Translations under genes and position numbers: made by a program | Notes under the pieces: model-generated | What the model was told of the DNA's origin: nothing | The model's database searches: none | The model's input: the letters and a program-made list of their open reading frames with translations, nothing else | Source of the DNA: an uncultured Actinomycetota bacterium | GTDB taxonomy: Bacteria > Actinomycetota > Actinomycetes > Streptosporangiales > Streptosporangiaceae | Direction of reading: 5' to 3' | Length of the DNA: 64,000 bases | Assembly: GCA_963740785.1 (NCBI GenBank) | Contig: CAVUFO010000014.1 | Coordinates: 156,605-220,604 of the forward strand | Part shown: positions 35,824 to 44,611 of the stretch, piece after piece | Numbering within the stretch: the stretch's first letter is position 1 | Layout of the letters: each line of letters begins with the position of its first letter

Positions 35824-36684
35824 TCAGGCCGCTGGGTGGCTCGGCCCTGGCACGGCCGTCCACTGCTCGCTGAACTCCCAGAGCCTGGCCGCGAGCTCGG
35901 GCGTGGCGACCTTGCTTGGCTCGGCCTGCCGGCACCTGTCGTAGTATCCGCCCGACTCGCCGGCCACGTCGGCCGACGTCGCGCAGTACAGCGACGTCCG
36001 CGCGCCCTGCTCGGCGGTCAGCATCCGCCTCGTCACGACCGGCCGGACCGGCCACGGCACCCGCCGCCAGATCTGCGAGGCGACCACCCCGGGGTGCAGC
36101 GCGTACGCGGTGACCCCGGTCCCGGACAGCCGCCGGCCGAGCTCGGCGGCGTGCAGCACGTTGCAGAGCTTCGATACAGCGTACTCCGGCAGACCCGTGA
36201 TGCTTGTGGTGCGATAACGCAGACGTTCGAAGCTGATGCCCTTGGCCTGGTAATGCGAGTCGCTGGCAACGTTCACGATCCTGGCCGGCGCGCCGGCCGT
36301 CAGCAGCGGCAGGAGGGCCAGGGTCAGCGCGAAATGGCCGAAGTGGTTGACGCCGACGTGCAGCTCGAAGCCATCGGCGGTGCTGCCGCGCACCCCGCCG
36401 ACGCCCGCGTTGTTGACCAGCACGTGCAGCGGCTCGCCTGACTCGAGCACCGTCTGGGCGGCACGTCGCACGCTCGTCAGGTCGGCCAGGTCCAGGCTGA
36501 GCGGCAGGACCAGGTCGCTGCCCGTCGCCGCCCTGATGGCGGCGACCGCCGCATCGCCCTTGGCCTGCGACCGCGACGCGGCCCACACCCGGCCGCCGCG
36601 CCCGGCCAGATCCTGCGCGGTCGCGTAGCCGATGCCCGAGTTCGCGCCCGTCACGAGGAAGGTCCGGCCGGCCAGGTCGGTCAC
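35824..36684 (-). CDS. Short-chain dehydrogenase/reductase (retinol-dehydrogenase-like)
   Basis: FLVTGANSGIGY, NNAG and YAVSK. The start overlaps the stop of the upstream phosphatase gene by 4 bp. Confidence 0.88.
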   Translation of the reverse strand: MTDLAGRTFLVTGANSGIGYATAQDLAGRGGRVWAASRSQAKGDAAVAAIRAATGSDLVLPLSLDLADLTSVRRAAQTVLESGEPLHVLVNNAGVGGVRGSTADGFELHVGVNHFGHFALTLALLPLLTAGAPARIVNVASDSHYQAKGISFERLRYRTTSITGLPEYAVSKLCNVLHAAELGRRLSGTGVTAYALHPGVVASQIWRRVPWPVRPVVTRRMLTAEQGARTSLYCATSADVAGESGGYYDRCRQAEPSKVATPELAARLWEFSEQWTAVPGPSHPAA

Positions 36685-38474
36685 GCCGGCGAGCCTGGCT
36701 TGGCGGACGCGGCTCCGTTGCCCGTGCTCGGCTCCACCCGCGCGAGCAGCAGGGCGATGTCGTCGCCGTGCCTGGTCTGCCGGCGCGGCAGGCTCAGCAG
36801 GTCATCGGCCAGCACCTCGAGGTCGTCCGCCGAGCCGAACGGGAGCACGGCGATCAGTGAGCTGAGGCTGTGCTCGTCTGCGCTGTCGGCGACCATGAGC
36901 CCGTCGGTGGTGAGCACGAGGATGGAGCCTGGCTCGACGATGGTCTGGCTGGTCGCGTACTCGGTGTTCGCGTCCACGCCGAGCGGCAGCCCGGGGTCGC
37001 AGCTGAGCACCTTCGGCCTGGCCCCTGGCGGCACGACAAGCGCTGGCGGATGACCGGCGCGGCAGATCGCCACCTCCCTGGTCGCAGGGTTGACGACCAC
37101 GAAGCAGCAGGTCGCGAACAGCGCCATGTTCTGATCGTTCGCGTTGAGGTCGACAAGCCACTGGTTGGCCCTGGCCATCACTTCGGCGGGGCCGTGGCCC
37201 TCCCTGGCGTAGGCGTGCACGGTGGTGCGCAGCCTGCCCATCAGCGACGCCGCGATCAGGTTGTGGCCCTCGACGTCGCCGATCACAAGCGCCACGCGGC
37301 CGTCGACAAGCTGCACGACGTCGTAGAAGTCCCCGCCGATCTCCACCCCTGACGTGGCCGGCGAGTAGCGGGTCGCGATCGTCAGGCCCATGGCGGAGAG
37401 CTTGCCGCGCGGTAGCACGCCGCGCTGCAGTTCGGCGGCGAGCGCGCCCTGGAACTCGTGCATCCTGGCCCGTTCCAGGGACAGGGCGAGCAGCGCCGAT
37501 GCCGCGAAGAGCTGAGCCTTCTCCTCGGCGGGGAACTCGTGCGGCTCGGGGAAGCCGAACAAGCAGGCTCCCACCTGTCCGCTCGAATCGCGCACGGGCA
37601 GCGCAACCCACGCCTGCGTCGCGCTGCCGCCGAGCCTGCTGACCAGGTGCGGGAAGTCCTCGGCGAAGATCTCCGGCGAGCTGATGTAGACCGGGGCGGC
37701 GAACTGGATCGCCACCGAGATCGGGGCCGGCCGGAAGGAGCGCAGGCCGCTGAGCGCGTCCACGATGTCGTCGGACAGCCCGTGCGAGGCTTCCACCTTG
37801 AGCTGGCCGTCCCGCTCCGCCACCATGATCAGGCTGTCGGCGCCGAACGCGCTGATGCCCGCCTGGGCGGCCTCGACGATCGCGTTGACGGTGAGGGCCG
37901 ACGCGAGCGCGGCCGTGAAGGCGTGCATCCGCCTGGCGCGGTCGGCGACGTCGCGGAGCCTGCGCTGCTCGGCGTCCCGCTTCGCCCGGATGGTCGTGGT
38001 GTCGACGACCAGGCCCATCATCTGGGCTGGCCTGCCGTCGTCGCCAGGCAGGACGCGGCCGCGGGCCTCCATCGTCCGCAGGCGGCCGTCGGCGCTCGTG
38101 ACCCGATACTCGATCTGGTAGGTACCGCTCGCCGCCGTCATTGCATCCATGGCTTCGAGCAGCTGCGGCAGGTCAGATTCGGGCACCCTGGCCAGGAAGG
38201 CGTCGATGCTCGCCGGGGAGTCCGGGGGCAGACCGTGCATCTCGTAGGTGACCGGGTCGCTCATCACCTCGCCGGTGGCGATGTCCCAGGTGAAGAAGCC
38301 TGCGTCGACGCTCGTGGAATTCGGCCTGAAGGCCGGTGCCCCGCGCTCTCTTAACGTGCCGGCCGAGCCATTGCCAGCCGCGACCGGTTCCCTGGCGACC
38401 GGGACATGGGCGATGACGTCACGTGGTTGTGTCATCGCCCGCCCGCTCGCCGTCGTGTCGCCGCGTCGCCGCAT
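36681..38474 (-). CDS. PAS-GAF-PP2C (SpoIIE-type) phosphatase
   Basis: PAS segment (FFTWDIATGEVMSDPVTYEMHGL...YRVTSADGRLRTMEARGRV), a GAF-like middle, and a PPM domain (GGDFYDVV...LVIGDVEGHNLIAASLMGRLRT...LVLTTDGL). The start may be ATG 38435. Confidence 0.88.
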   Translation of the reverse strand: MRRRGDTTASGRAMTQPRDVIAHVPVAREPVAAGNGSAGTLRERGAPAFRPNSTSVDAGFFTWDIATGEVMSDPVTYEMHGLPPDSPASIDAFLARVPESDLPQLLEAMDAMTAASGTYQIEYRVTSADGRLRTMEARGRVLPGDDGRPAQMMGLVVDTTTIRAKRDAEQRRLRDVADRARRMHAFTAALASALTVNAIVEAAQAGISAFGADSLIMVAERDGQLKVEASHGLSDDIVDALSGLRSFRPAPISVAIQFAAPVYISSPEIFAEDFPHLVSRLGGSATQAWVALPVRDSSGQVGACLFGFPEPHEFPAEEKAQLFAASALLALSLERARMHEFQGALAAELQRGVLPRGKLSAMGLTIATRYSPATSGVEIGGDFYDVVQLVDGRVALVIGDVEGHNLIAASLMGRLRTTVHAYAREGHGPAEVMARANQWLVDLNANDQNMALFATCCFVVVNPATREVAICRAGHPPALVVPPGARPKVLSCDPGLPLGVDANTEYATSQTIVEPGSILVLTTDGLMVADSADEHSLSSLIAVLPFGSADDLEVLADDLLSLPRRQTRHGDDIALLLARVEPSTGNGAASAKPGSPA

Positions 38475-38603
38475 CCCCGGCTCGCGCTGTAACTATCTGT
38501 AATTACGCCATGATAGGCCAGCCGCACCTGGTCAGGCCCGGAGATTTAGCCGTTTTTCAGGGATCTCACATGCAATTCAGAACGAGCACGGAGCGCCGCT
38601 GGC

Positions 38604-38635
38604 TTGACTCCGTACCTGAGTACGGCTGCTAGCTT
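38604..38635 (+). promoter_or_regulatory. MerR-type promoter candidate: TTGACT, a 20-nt spacer containing the palindrome CCGTAC-CTGA-GTACGG, then TAGCTT
   Basis: Read directly. The over-long 20-nt spacer with a dyad is the MerR-family hallmark. The -10 ends 6 nt before ATG 38642, implying a leaderless or near-leaderless merR-trxA transcript. Confidence 0.45.
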
Positions 38636-38641
38636 CACGGT

Positions 38642-39058
38642 ATGGCTGGTTTGACGATCGGGAAGTTCGCGGCCGAGGCGGGCGTCAGCGTCGAGACGGT
38701 GCGGTTCTACCAGCGCCGCGGCCTGCTGGCGCTGCCTGAGCGGCGCGGCTCGGGATTCCGCGAGTACACGGAGGCCGACCAGTGGCGGCTCGCCTTCATC
38801 CGCCGCGCACGCCAGCTCGGGTTCACCCTCGCCGAGATCCGCGACCTGCTCGGTCCTGCCGAGGCGCGGTCGACCGCCGACATCACCAGGGCCGCCGAAG
38901 CGAAGCTCGCGGCGATCGCCGGCCAGATCGCCGAGCTGGCCGCGCTGCAGTGCCGGTTGCGCAGGCTCGTCCGGGTCTGCGCGCACGGCAGCCGCGACGA
39001 CTGCGTGGCCCTGCACCTGCGTGACCCTGGCCACGCCTGCGCGCAGGCGGCGTGCTGA
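38642..39058 (+). CDS. MerR-family transcriptional regulator with a Cys-rich C-terminus
   Basis: LTIGKFAAEAGVSVETVRFYQRRGLL...FREYTEADQWRLAFIRRARQLGFTLAEI, and C-terminal cysteines (VCAHGSRDDCVALH...HACAQAAC). Confidence 0.88.
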   Translation: MAGLTIGKFAAEAGVSVETVRFYQRRGLLALPERRGSGFREYTEADQWRLAFIRRARQLGFTLAEIRDLLGPAEARSTADITRAAEAKLAAIAGQIAELAALQCRLRRLVRVCAHGSRDDCVALHLRDPGHACAQAAC

Positions 39059-39117
39059 ACCGGCCGGCCTGATCACTTCGAAAGGAACAACGTGATGAGC
39101 ATGTCGAGGAACGAGCG

Positions 39118-39447
39118 ATGAGCACCGCCAGGGCAGTGACCGACCACAGCTTCGACGCCGACGTGCTGGCGAGTCCCCGGCCGGTCATCGTCGAGTACTG
39201 GGCGCCGTGGTGCGGCCCGTGCCGGTTGGTCGGCCCGGTGCTCGACGAGATCGCCGCCGAGTACGCGGGCAACGTCGACGTGGTCAAGCTGAACACGGAC
39301 GAGAACCCGCAGTCGATGATCAAGTACGGGGTGCTGGCGGTCCCGACCATCAACCTGTTCTCCGGCGGCGAGGTCGTCAAGCAGGTCATCGGCGCCAAGT
39401 CCAAGTCCGCCCTGCTCCGCGAGTTCGCCGATCACCTCCCCGCCTGA
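39118..39447 (+). CDS. trxA: Thioredoxin
   Basis: 109 aa with VEYWAPWCGPCRLVGPVLDEIA and the YGVLAVPTINLF motif. Confidence 0.95.
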   Translation: MSTARAVTDHSFDADVLASPRPVIVEYWAPWCGPCRLVGPVLDEIAAEYAGNVDVVKLNTDENPQSMIKYGVLAVPTINLFSGGEVVKQVIGAKSKSALLREFADHLPA

Positions 39448-39464
39448 CCCTCCGCCCCTCGCGC

Positions 39465-39524
39465 GACCCCAGCTATGAACCCTTGGTGGGCCTATCGCGC
39501 CACTAAGGGTTCATAGCTGGGGTC
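39465..39524. repeat. Palindromic intergenic element, copy 1 (20-bp perfect stem, 20-nt loop), 17 nt after the trxA stop
   Basis: GACCCCAGCTATGAACCCTT-GGTGGGCCTATCGCGCCACT-AAGGGTTCATAGCTGGGGTC. It is near-identical to 61746..61799. Confidence 0.9.
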
Positions 39525-39546
39525 GAGATGGGGCTGGCGGGGGCTG

Positions 39547-40299
39547 GTGGGGCGCGGTTACGGTGCGGGGATGGGAGCTTCGCGGCCGGATTGGGTTGAT
39601 TTTCACTTCGATCTCATGTGCCCGTACGCGTATCAGACCTCGCTGTGGATACGCGAGGTTCGCGACAGGACCGGGCTGGAGATCAACTGGCGGTTCTTCA
39701 GCCTCGAAGAGATCAACAGGGCAGAAGGCAAGAAGCATCCGTGGGAGCGCGAGTGGTCTTACGGATGGTCGCTGATGCGGATCGGCGTGCTGCTCCGGCG
39801 GCAGGGGATGGCGCAGCTCGACGCCTGGTACGCCACCGCTGGCCGGGCGTTGCACGTCGACGGCGAGAAGCCGCACGTGCCGGACGTGGCCAGGCAGATC
39901 CTCGCGCGCATGGGTCAGGATCCCGGGCTCGTCGATGCCGCCATCGCCGATCCGACCACCGGCGACGAGGTGCTCGCCGAGCACCGCAGGGTCACGCGGG
40001 CCGGCGGGTTCGGCGTGCCGACCCTGTTCTTCCCTGACGGGCAGTGCCTGTTCGGGCCCGTTCTCATCGATCCGCCAGCGTGCGAGGCGGCCGAGCGGCT
40101 CTGGGACGCGGTCGTCGCGTGGACCGCGTTCCCGCACCTGTACGAGATCCAGCGGCCGAAGTCACGCTCGGACGCCGATGCGATCGCCGCCACGTTCCTG
40201 CCGTATCTTCAGGCCCGGGACTGGGTCAGCATCAACCGCGGCCAGGTCGTGGACTTCGCTCCGCCGGCAGCCGCGGAGACCGAAGGGAGCGCACCGTGA
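39547..40299 (+). CDS. DsbA-family thiol oxidoreductase-like protein (single-Cys CPYA motif)
   Basis: [22 protein letters not shown]... and [19 protein letters not shown], which fit a DsbA/HCCA-isomerase-like fold. Confidence 0.75.
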   Translation: MGRGYGAGMGASRPDWVDFHFDLMCPYAYQTSLWIREVRDRTGLEINWRFFSLEEINRAEGKKHPWEREWSYGWSLMRIGVLLRRQGMAQLDAWYATAGRALHVDGEKPHVPDVARQILARMGQDPGLVDAAIADPTTGDEVLAEHRRVTRAGGFGVPTLFFPDGQCLFGPVLIDPPACEAAERLWDAVVAWTAFPHLYEIQRPKSRSDADAIAATFLPYLQARDWVSINRGQVVDFAPPAAAETEGSAP

Positions 40300-41132
40300 G
40301 CAAGCTTGAGGGCGAGGCTTCAGCCAGGGCCGAGCAGTCCCGCGTCGTGGAGCTGCTCGGGCAGGAGTGGGCCGTCATCGGCGACCTGCTCGCCGGGCTC
40401 GGCGACCGGGCGTGGTCCCGCCAGGTGCTGCCCGGCTGGGATGTGCACGACGTGCTCGCGCACATCATCGGCACCGAGCGGATGCTGTCCGGCGCCGAGT
40501 TCCCCGCCGCGCCCGACGGCGACCCCGGCGCGCACGTGCGCAATGACATCGGCCGTGCGAACGAGGCCTGGGTCATCGCGCTGCGCGACCGCCCGCACGG
40601 CGCCCTGCTCGACGACTTCCGCGCGGTGACCGCCAGCCGGCTGGCCAGCCTGCGGACGATGCCGCCCGGGGAATTCAACGCGCCGTCCTGGACGCCCGCC
40701 GGCCAGGCGACCTACGCCCGCTTCATGCGGATCAGGATCTTCGACTGCTGGATGCACGAGCAGGACATCAGGGCGGCGACCGGGATGCCTGGCAACGAAG
40801 ACGGCCCCGCCGCCGCAGCCGCGCTCGACGAGGTCGTGCTGGCGCTCGGCTACATCATCGGCAAGAAAGGCCGCGCTCCCGACGGCAGCTCGGTGCTGAT
40901 CAGGCTCACCGGCCCGGTCGAGCGCGACCTGCCCGTCGTGGTTGACGGACGGGCGAGGGTAGTTCCGGCAATGAATGGCGAGCCGACGGCGAGCCTGGAT
41001 TTGTCATCGTCGCTGTTCCTGCGCCTGGCCGGCGGCCGGGAAGATGCGCAGGCGGCGCTCGGCCGGATCCGGCTCGGCGGCGACCAGGAGCTCGCGCGTC
41101 AGCTGGCGACGAACCTGGCCTACACGATCTGA
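40296..41132 (+). CDS. Mycothiol-dependent maleylpyruvate-isomerase-family (DinB/MDMPI_N) protein
   Basis: The GTG at 40296 overlaps the previous stop (GTGA). [17 protein letters not shown]..., [12 protein letters not shown] and C-terminal ...[11 protein letters not shown]. Confidence 0.75.
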   Translation: MSKLEGEASARAEQSRVVELLGQEWAVIGDLLAGLGDRAWSRQVLPGWDVHDVLAHIIGTERMLSGAEFPAAPDGDPGAHVRNDIGRANEAWVIALRDRPHGALLDDFRAVTASRLASLRTMPPGEFNAPSWTPAGQATYARFMRIRIFDCWMHEQDIRAATGMPGNEDGPAAAAALDEVVLALGYIIGKKGRAPDGSSVLIRLTGPVERDLPVVVDGRARVVPAMNGEPTASLDLSSSLFLRLAGGREDAQAALGRIRLGGDQELARQLATNLAYTI

Positions 41133-41145
41133 GGTTCTGGCCCCG

Positions 41146-41913
41146 TCAGCGCGAGGCGGCGCGGGCGACCAGCGCGATGCCCTTGCCCCAGGAGGCGAGC
41201 TGGCCGGGCGGCAGGTACGCGGTGCCCTTCATGGTGTGGTCCACCATCGGGGTGGTCACGTACCGCTCCTTGCCGTGCGGATCGATGAAGTAGATCAACG
41301 ACGTGTGGATGACGTCCGCGTTCTTGTTCGGGGCCCGGACGTCGATCTGATAGCGATTCCAGACGGTGCGCAGGGCCGGCACGGAGCCGGTGACGAAGTG
41401 CCAGGACGGTATCGTGCTCAGCCCCTCCGAGCTGGAGTAGCCGGCCATGTCGGCGACCTTGTTGTGGTACGGGTTGACGTTCACCGCGATGAAGACCACC
41501 TTGCCGCGGGCCGGGCCGAGGTCCTTGTACGCGTCGATGAACTCGCGGGAGACCAGCGGGCAGATGTCGGTGCAGTGCGAGTCCATGAAGGTCAGCACGA
41601 CGGTCCTGCCGCGCAGGCTCGCGAGCGAAACCGGCCGTCCAGACTGGTCGGTCAGCGTGAACCCTGGCGCCGTGGCCGGCTGCACCGGCGACAGCTGCAT
41701 CATGGTGGCCAGCTTCGTGCTGACGCTGCCCGGAATGCCGGTGGCGCGGAGCGGAGGCCCGCCGCTTCGCCCGGTGAGGGCCGTCACCACGAAGGCGAAC
41801 ACGGTCGCGAACGCGATCCCGGACACGAGCGCGATGACGCCGAGCACGACCGTGGACCGGCGGGGCCTGGCGGACAACCTGCCGCGCCCTCTTGCCGCGC
41901 CAGTGTCGCTCAT
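41146..41913 (-). CDS. SCO1/SenC-family thioredoxin-like copper chaperone, membrane anchored
   Basis: N-terminal TM helix and FTLTDQSGRPVSLASLRGRTVVLTFMDSHCTDICPLV (CxxxC). Confidence 0.85.
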   Translation of the reverse strand: MSDTGAARGRGRLSARPRRSTVVLGVIALVSGIAFATVFAFVVTALTGRSGGPPLRATGIPGSVSTKLATMMQLSPVQPATAPGFTLTDQSGRPVSLASLRGRTVVLTFMDSHCTDICPLVSREFIDAYKDLGPARGKVVFIAVNVNPYHNKVADMAGYSSSEGLSTIPSWHFVTGSVPALRTVWNRYQIDVRAPNKNADVIHTSLIYFIDPHGKERYVTTPMVDHTMKGTAYLPPGQLASWGKGIALVARAASR

Positions 41914-41945
41914 GCCGGACGGCTCCTTCCGGGCTTCGGAATGAC

Positions 41946-42307
41946 CTAGGACAGACTACCCGGCCCTGGCTCGACGCAGAACTCGTTCCCCTCGGGGTCG
42001 GCCATGACGACGTGGCCGCCGTGCCGCTCGAGCACCGTCGCGCCGAGCCCGGCGAGCCTGGCCACCTCGTCGGCGACCGGGCCCGGCGCGCGCGGGTCGA
42101 AGTGGACCCGGTTCTTCGCGGTCTTGCCTTCGGCACCCTGGCGAACCAGATGTTCGGGCCACCCCATCCGGCGGCCTCGACGAACGCCTTGTCGCCGGTC
42201 GGATCCTCGTCCACGTCCGAGCCGAAGACCGCGGCCCAGAAGGTCGCGAGCCGCAGCGCGTCGGCGGCGTCGAACGTGACGGACTTGATGACGCTTGGCA
42301 TGCTCAC
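41946..42307 (-). pseudogene. VOC/glyoxalase-family protein interrupted by a 1-nt frameshift
   Basis: The N-terminus MSMPSVIKSVTFDAADALRLATFWAAVFG...GGPNIWFARVP is in the frame of ORF 41120..42307. The C-terminus EGKTAKNRVHFDPR...MADPEGNEFCVEP is in the frame of ORF 41946..42167. At about 42135 the sequence reads GTGCCGAAGGC where GTGCCGGAAGGC would restore the frame. Confidence 0.7.
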
Positions 42308-42657
42308 CTGGCCTCCGGCACGATCAGCTGCCCGGCCTCGTCGCGGCCGACGGGAATCACCCCGGTGACGGCGCTGACCGGGAGCGGGCCGTAGATGTGC
42401 GGGTACAGCTCGCCGTCGCCGCCGTCCTCGTACCGGACCTGGGCCGCGAGCCGGTCCTGGTCGATGACGAGCACGACGAGGTCGTCAGCGTCGGCATAAT
42501 TCGCCTCTGCCACGCGGCGCAGCTGATGCGCCAGCGAGCAGTGGATGAAGCCCTGCTGGTCGAGGGAAACGCCACGAGTCGAGATCCGGTAGCTCCCGGC
42601 ACTCCTGGCCGCCTCCCAGTCGGTGCGCCGGGTGATGTGCAGCAGTCCGGCCATCAT
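42304..42657 (-). CDS. DUF952 domain protein
   Basis: 117 aa: LLHITRRTDWEAA...GFIHCSLAHQL...LYPHIYGPL. It has a 4-bp overlap with the VOC gene start. Confidence 0.8.
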   Translation of the reverse strand: MMAGLLHITRRTDWEAARSAGSYRISTRGVSLDQQGFIHCSLAHQLRRVAEANYADADDLVVLVIDQDRLAAQVRYEDGGDGELYPHIYGPLPVSAVTGVIPVGRDEAGQLIVPEAR

Positions 42658-42743
42658 CCAACGGTAGGGCTGTCGCCGGCCGGCGGCCCAACCGGATTGC
42701 CGGGGCGGTGATTACCCGCACAGGGCCCGGGTAGCGATGGCGC

Positions 42744-44216
42744 ATGCCAGCTGACGTGAGCACACTCCTCGGAGGGCGCTACGAACTGCGGGCCCTGATC
42801 GGGACGGGCGGCTTCAGCGAGGTATGGCGGGCGCACGACCTGGTCCTCGACCGGCCGGTGGCGATCAAGCTGCTCGACGCCAAGTACGCCCGCGATGCCG
42901 AGGCACTGGCCAGGTTCCGCTCGGAGGCGCACAACGCTGGCAGCCTGTCGCACGGCAACATCGCGCGCGTCTACGACTTCGGGGAGCCAGACGGGCAGCA
43001 TCCGGGGTTCCTCGTCATGGAACTGGTGGACGGGCCAGCGCTCTCTGACGCGCTGGCAGCCGGGCCGCTGGACCCCGCCGCGAGCATGGACATCATCGCG
43101 CAGGCCGCGGCCGGCCTGCACGAGGCGCACCAGCATGGCCTGGTCCACAGGGACGTCAAGCCGGGCAACCTGCTGCTCGCGCACGAAGGGGTCAAGGTCG
43201 CCGACTTCGGGATCTCGCACGCCATGGACTCGGCGGCCATGACCAGCACGGGCATCGTGCTCGGCTCGCCCGGCTACGTGGCGCCGGAGCGCGCGTCCGG
43301 TGCCCGCGCGACGCCGGCCAGCGACCTGTACGCGCTCGGTGTCGTGGCTTACGAGTGCCTGACGGGCGCGCCGCCGTTCACCGGGGCCGGCCTTGAGGTG
43401 GCGCTGGCGCACGTGAACAAGCCGTTCCCTGAGCTGCCCGGGTTTGTGCCCTGGCAGGTGGCCGCGTTCGTGTTCGAGCTGACCAGCAAGGACCCCGCGC
43501 TGCGTCCTGCGGATGCTGCCGCGGTGGCGGAGCGCGCGGCGGGCCTGCGCGACGGCCTGGCGTGCGCCGTCGCCGCGGCGGAGGTGCCGGGCCCGGGCTC
43601 CCGCGTGCACCGGCCCGGGCCGGCAGCCGCCCGCCAGGGCACCGGTGGAGGCCGGCCGGCGGGTCCGGGCTCGCGCGGGCTGCGGCTGGCGCTGGCCGCC
43701 GCCGCGGCGGCCTGCCTGCTGGTTGGCGTCGTCATGGCCAGCCTGCTCTCCTCGGCCGGGACGCCCTCGGTCGCGTCGGCGCGGCATGGCACCGGCCACG
43801 TCTCTGAGCGGCTGAACCCGGCCTCACCTGCCGTCACGTCGGCGCTCGTCCGCAGCCGCTCCCTGGTCGGGCAGCCGGTGGCACTCGTCGTGCAGCGCCT
43901 GCGCCGCCTGGGCCTGGTGACCCGGGTGATCTGGCGGCCGACCGTGCTCGCGCCGCCGGGCACCGTCGTCGCCGTCCACCCGCACGGACGCCTGCGGGCG
44001 GGCAGCCTGATCACCGTCATCGGCGCCCGGCAGCGCAGGTCAGACGGGGCGGCGCGGCATGCGCCTGCCGCCGGGGGTCCCGGCGGTCCCGGTCCTGGCC
44101 ACGGCAAGGGCCACCGGAAGGACCCCGAGCACGGCCCAGCCCCCGGTCCGGCTGGCAGCGCGGGCACGGATGACGGCGCCGGCTCGGCTGACGGCAACAG
44201 CCAGGGCGACGGTTAG
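42744..44216 (+). CDS. Ser/Thr protein kinase with a TM helix and one extracellular PASTA-like domain
   Basis: GRYELRALIGTGGFSEVW, AIK, HRDVKPGNLL, DFG and GSPGYVAPE. TM helix LRLALAAAAAACLLVGVVMASLL. The C-terminal segment SLVGQPVALVVQRLRRLGL...PGTVVAVHP is PASTA-like. Confidence 0.92.
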   Translation: MPADVSTLLGGRYELRALIGTGGFSEVWRAHDLVLDRPVAIKLLDAKYARDAEALARFRSEAHNAGSLSHGNIARVYDFGEPDGQHPGFLVMELVDGPALSDALAAGPLDPAASMDIIAQAAAGLHEAHQHGLVHRDVKPGNLLLAHEGVKVADFGISHAMDSAAMTSTGIVLGSPGYVAPERASGARATPASDLYALGVVAYECLTGAPPFTGAGLEVALAHVNKPFPELPGFVPWQVAAFVFELTSKDPALRPADAAAVAERAAGLRDGLACAVAAAEVPGPGSRVHRPGPAAARQGTGGGRPAGPGSRGLRLALAAAAAACLLVGVVMASLLSSAGTPSVASARHGTGHVSERLNPASPAVTSALVRSRSLVGQPVALVVQRLRRLGLVTRVIWRPTVLAPPGTVVAVHPHGRLRAGSLITVIGARQRRSDGAARHAPAAGGPGGPGPGHGKGHRKDPEHGPAPGPAGSAGTDDGAGSADGNSQGDG

Positions 44217-44270
44217 ACAGGCAGCGCGGGCCGCCCCCGCGCCGGTGTCCGGTCAGATCGGGAGATCCCT

Positions 44271-44588
44271 GTGGCCTACATCCTCATGGCCGTCCACTAC
44301 CCCCAGCCCGGCACCCGCGACGAGGTGCATGCGCGCATGTCCGCGATGGCAGGGTCGATGGCGGGCACGCCCGGCCTGCTGGAGATCGGGCCGTGGCTCG
44401 ACGTCAGCGGCCAGCGGGTGATCGGCCTGTCCAGGTGGGCATCCAGGGAGGCGTTCGAGCAGGCCATGCCCGGCAGCGGGGCGCCCAGCACGACCGTCAA
44501 CGACGGCGAGCGCGGGCCGCGTGAGTACTTCCACCTCACCAGGCCCGACGGCCCTGGCGGACCAGGCCAGCCGGGCGGGCAGCCGTAG
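44271..44588 (+). CDS. Antibiotic-biosynthesis-monooxygenase (ABM)-like small protein
   Basis: 105 aa: MAYILMAVHYPQPGTRDEVHARM...RVIGLSRWASREAFEQAM. Confidence 0.65.
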   Translation: MAYILMAVHYPQPGTRDEVHARMSAMAGSMAGTPGLLEIGPWLDVSGQRVIGLSRWASREAFEQAMPGSGAPSTTVNDGERGPREYFHLTRPDGPGGPGQPGGQP

Positions 44589-44611
44589 CGCGGCGCTGTC
44601 CCGGGCGGTCC

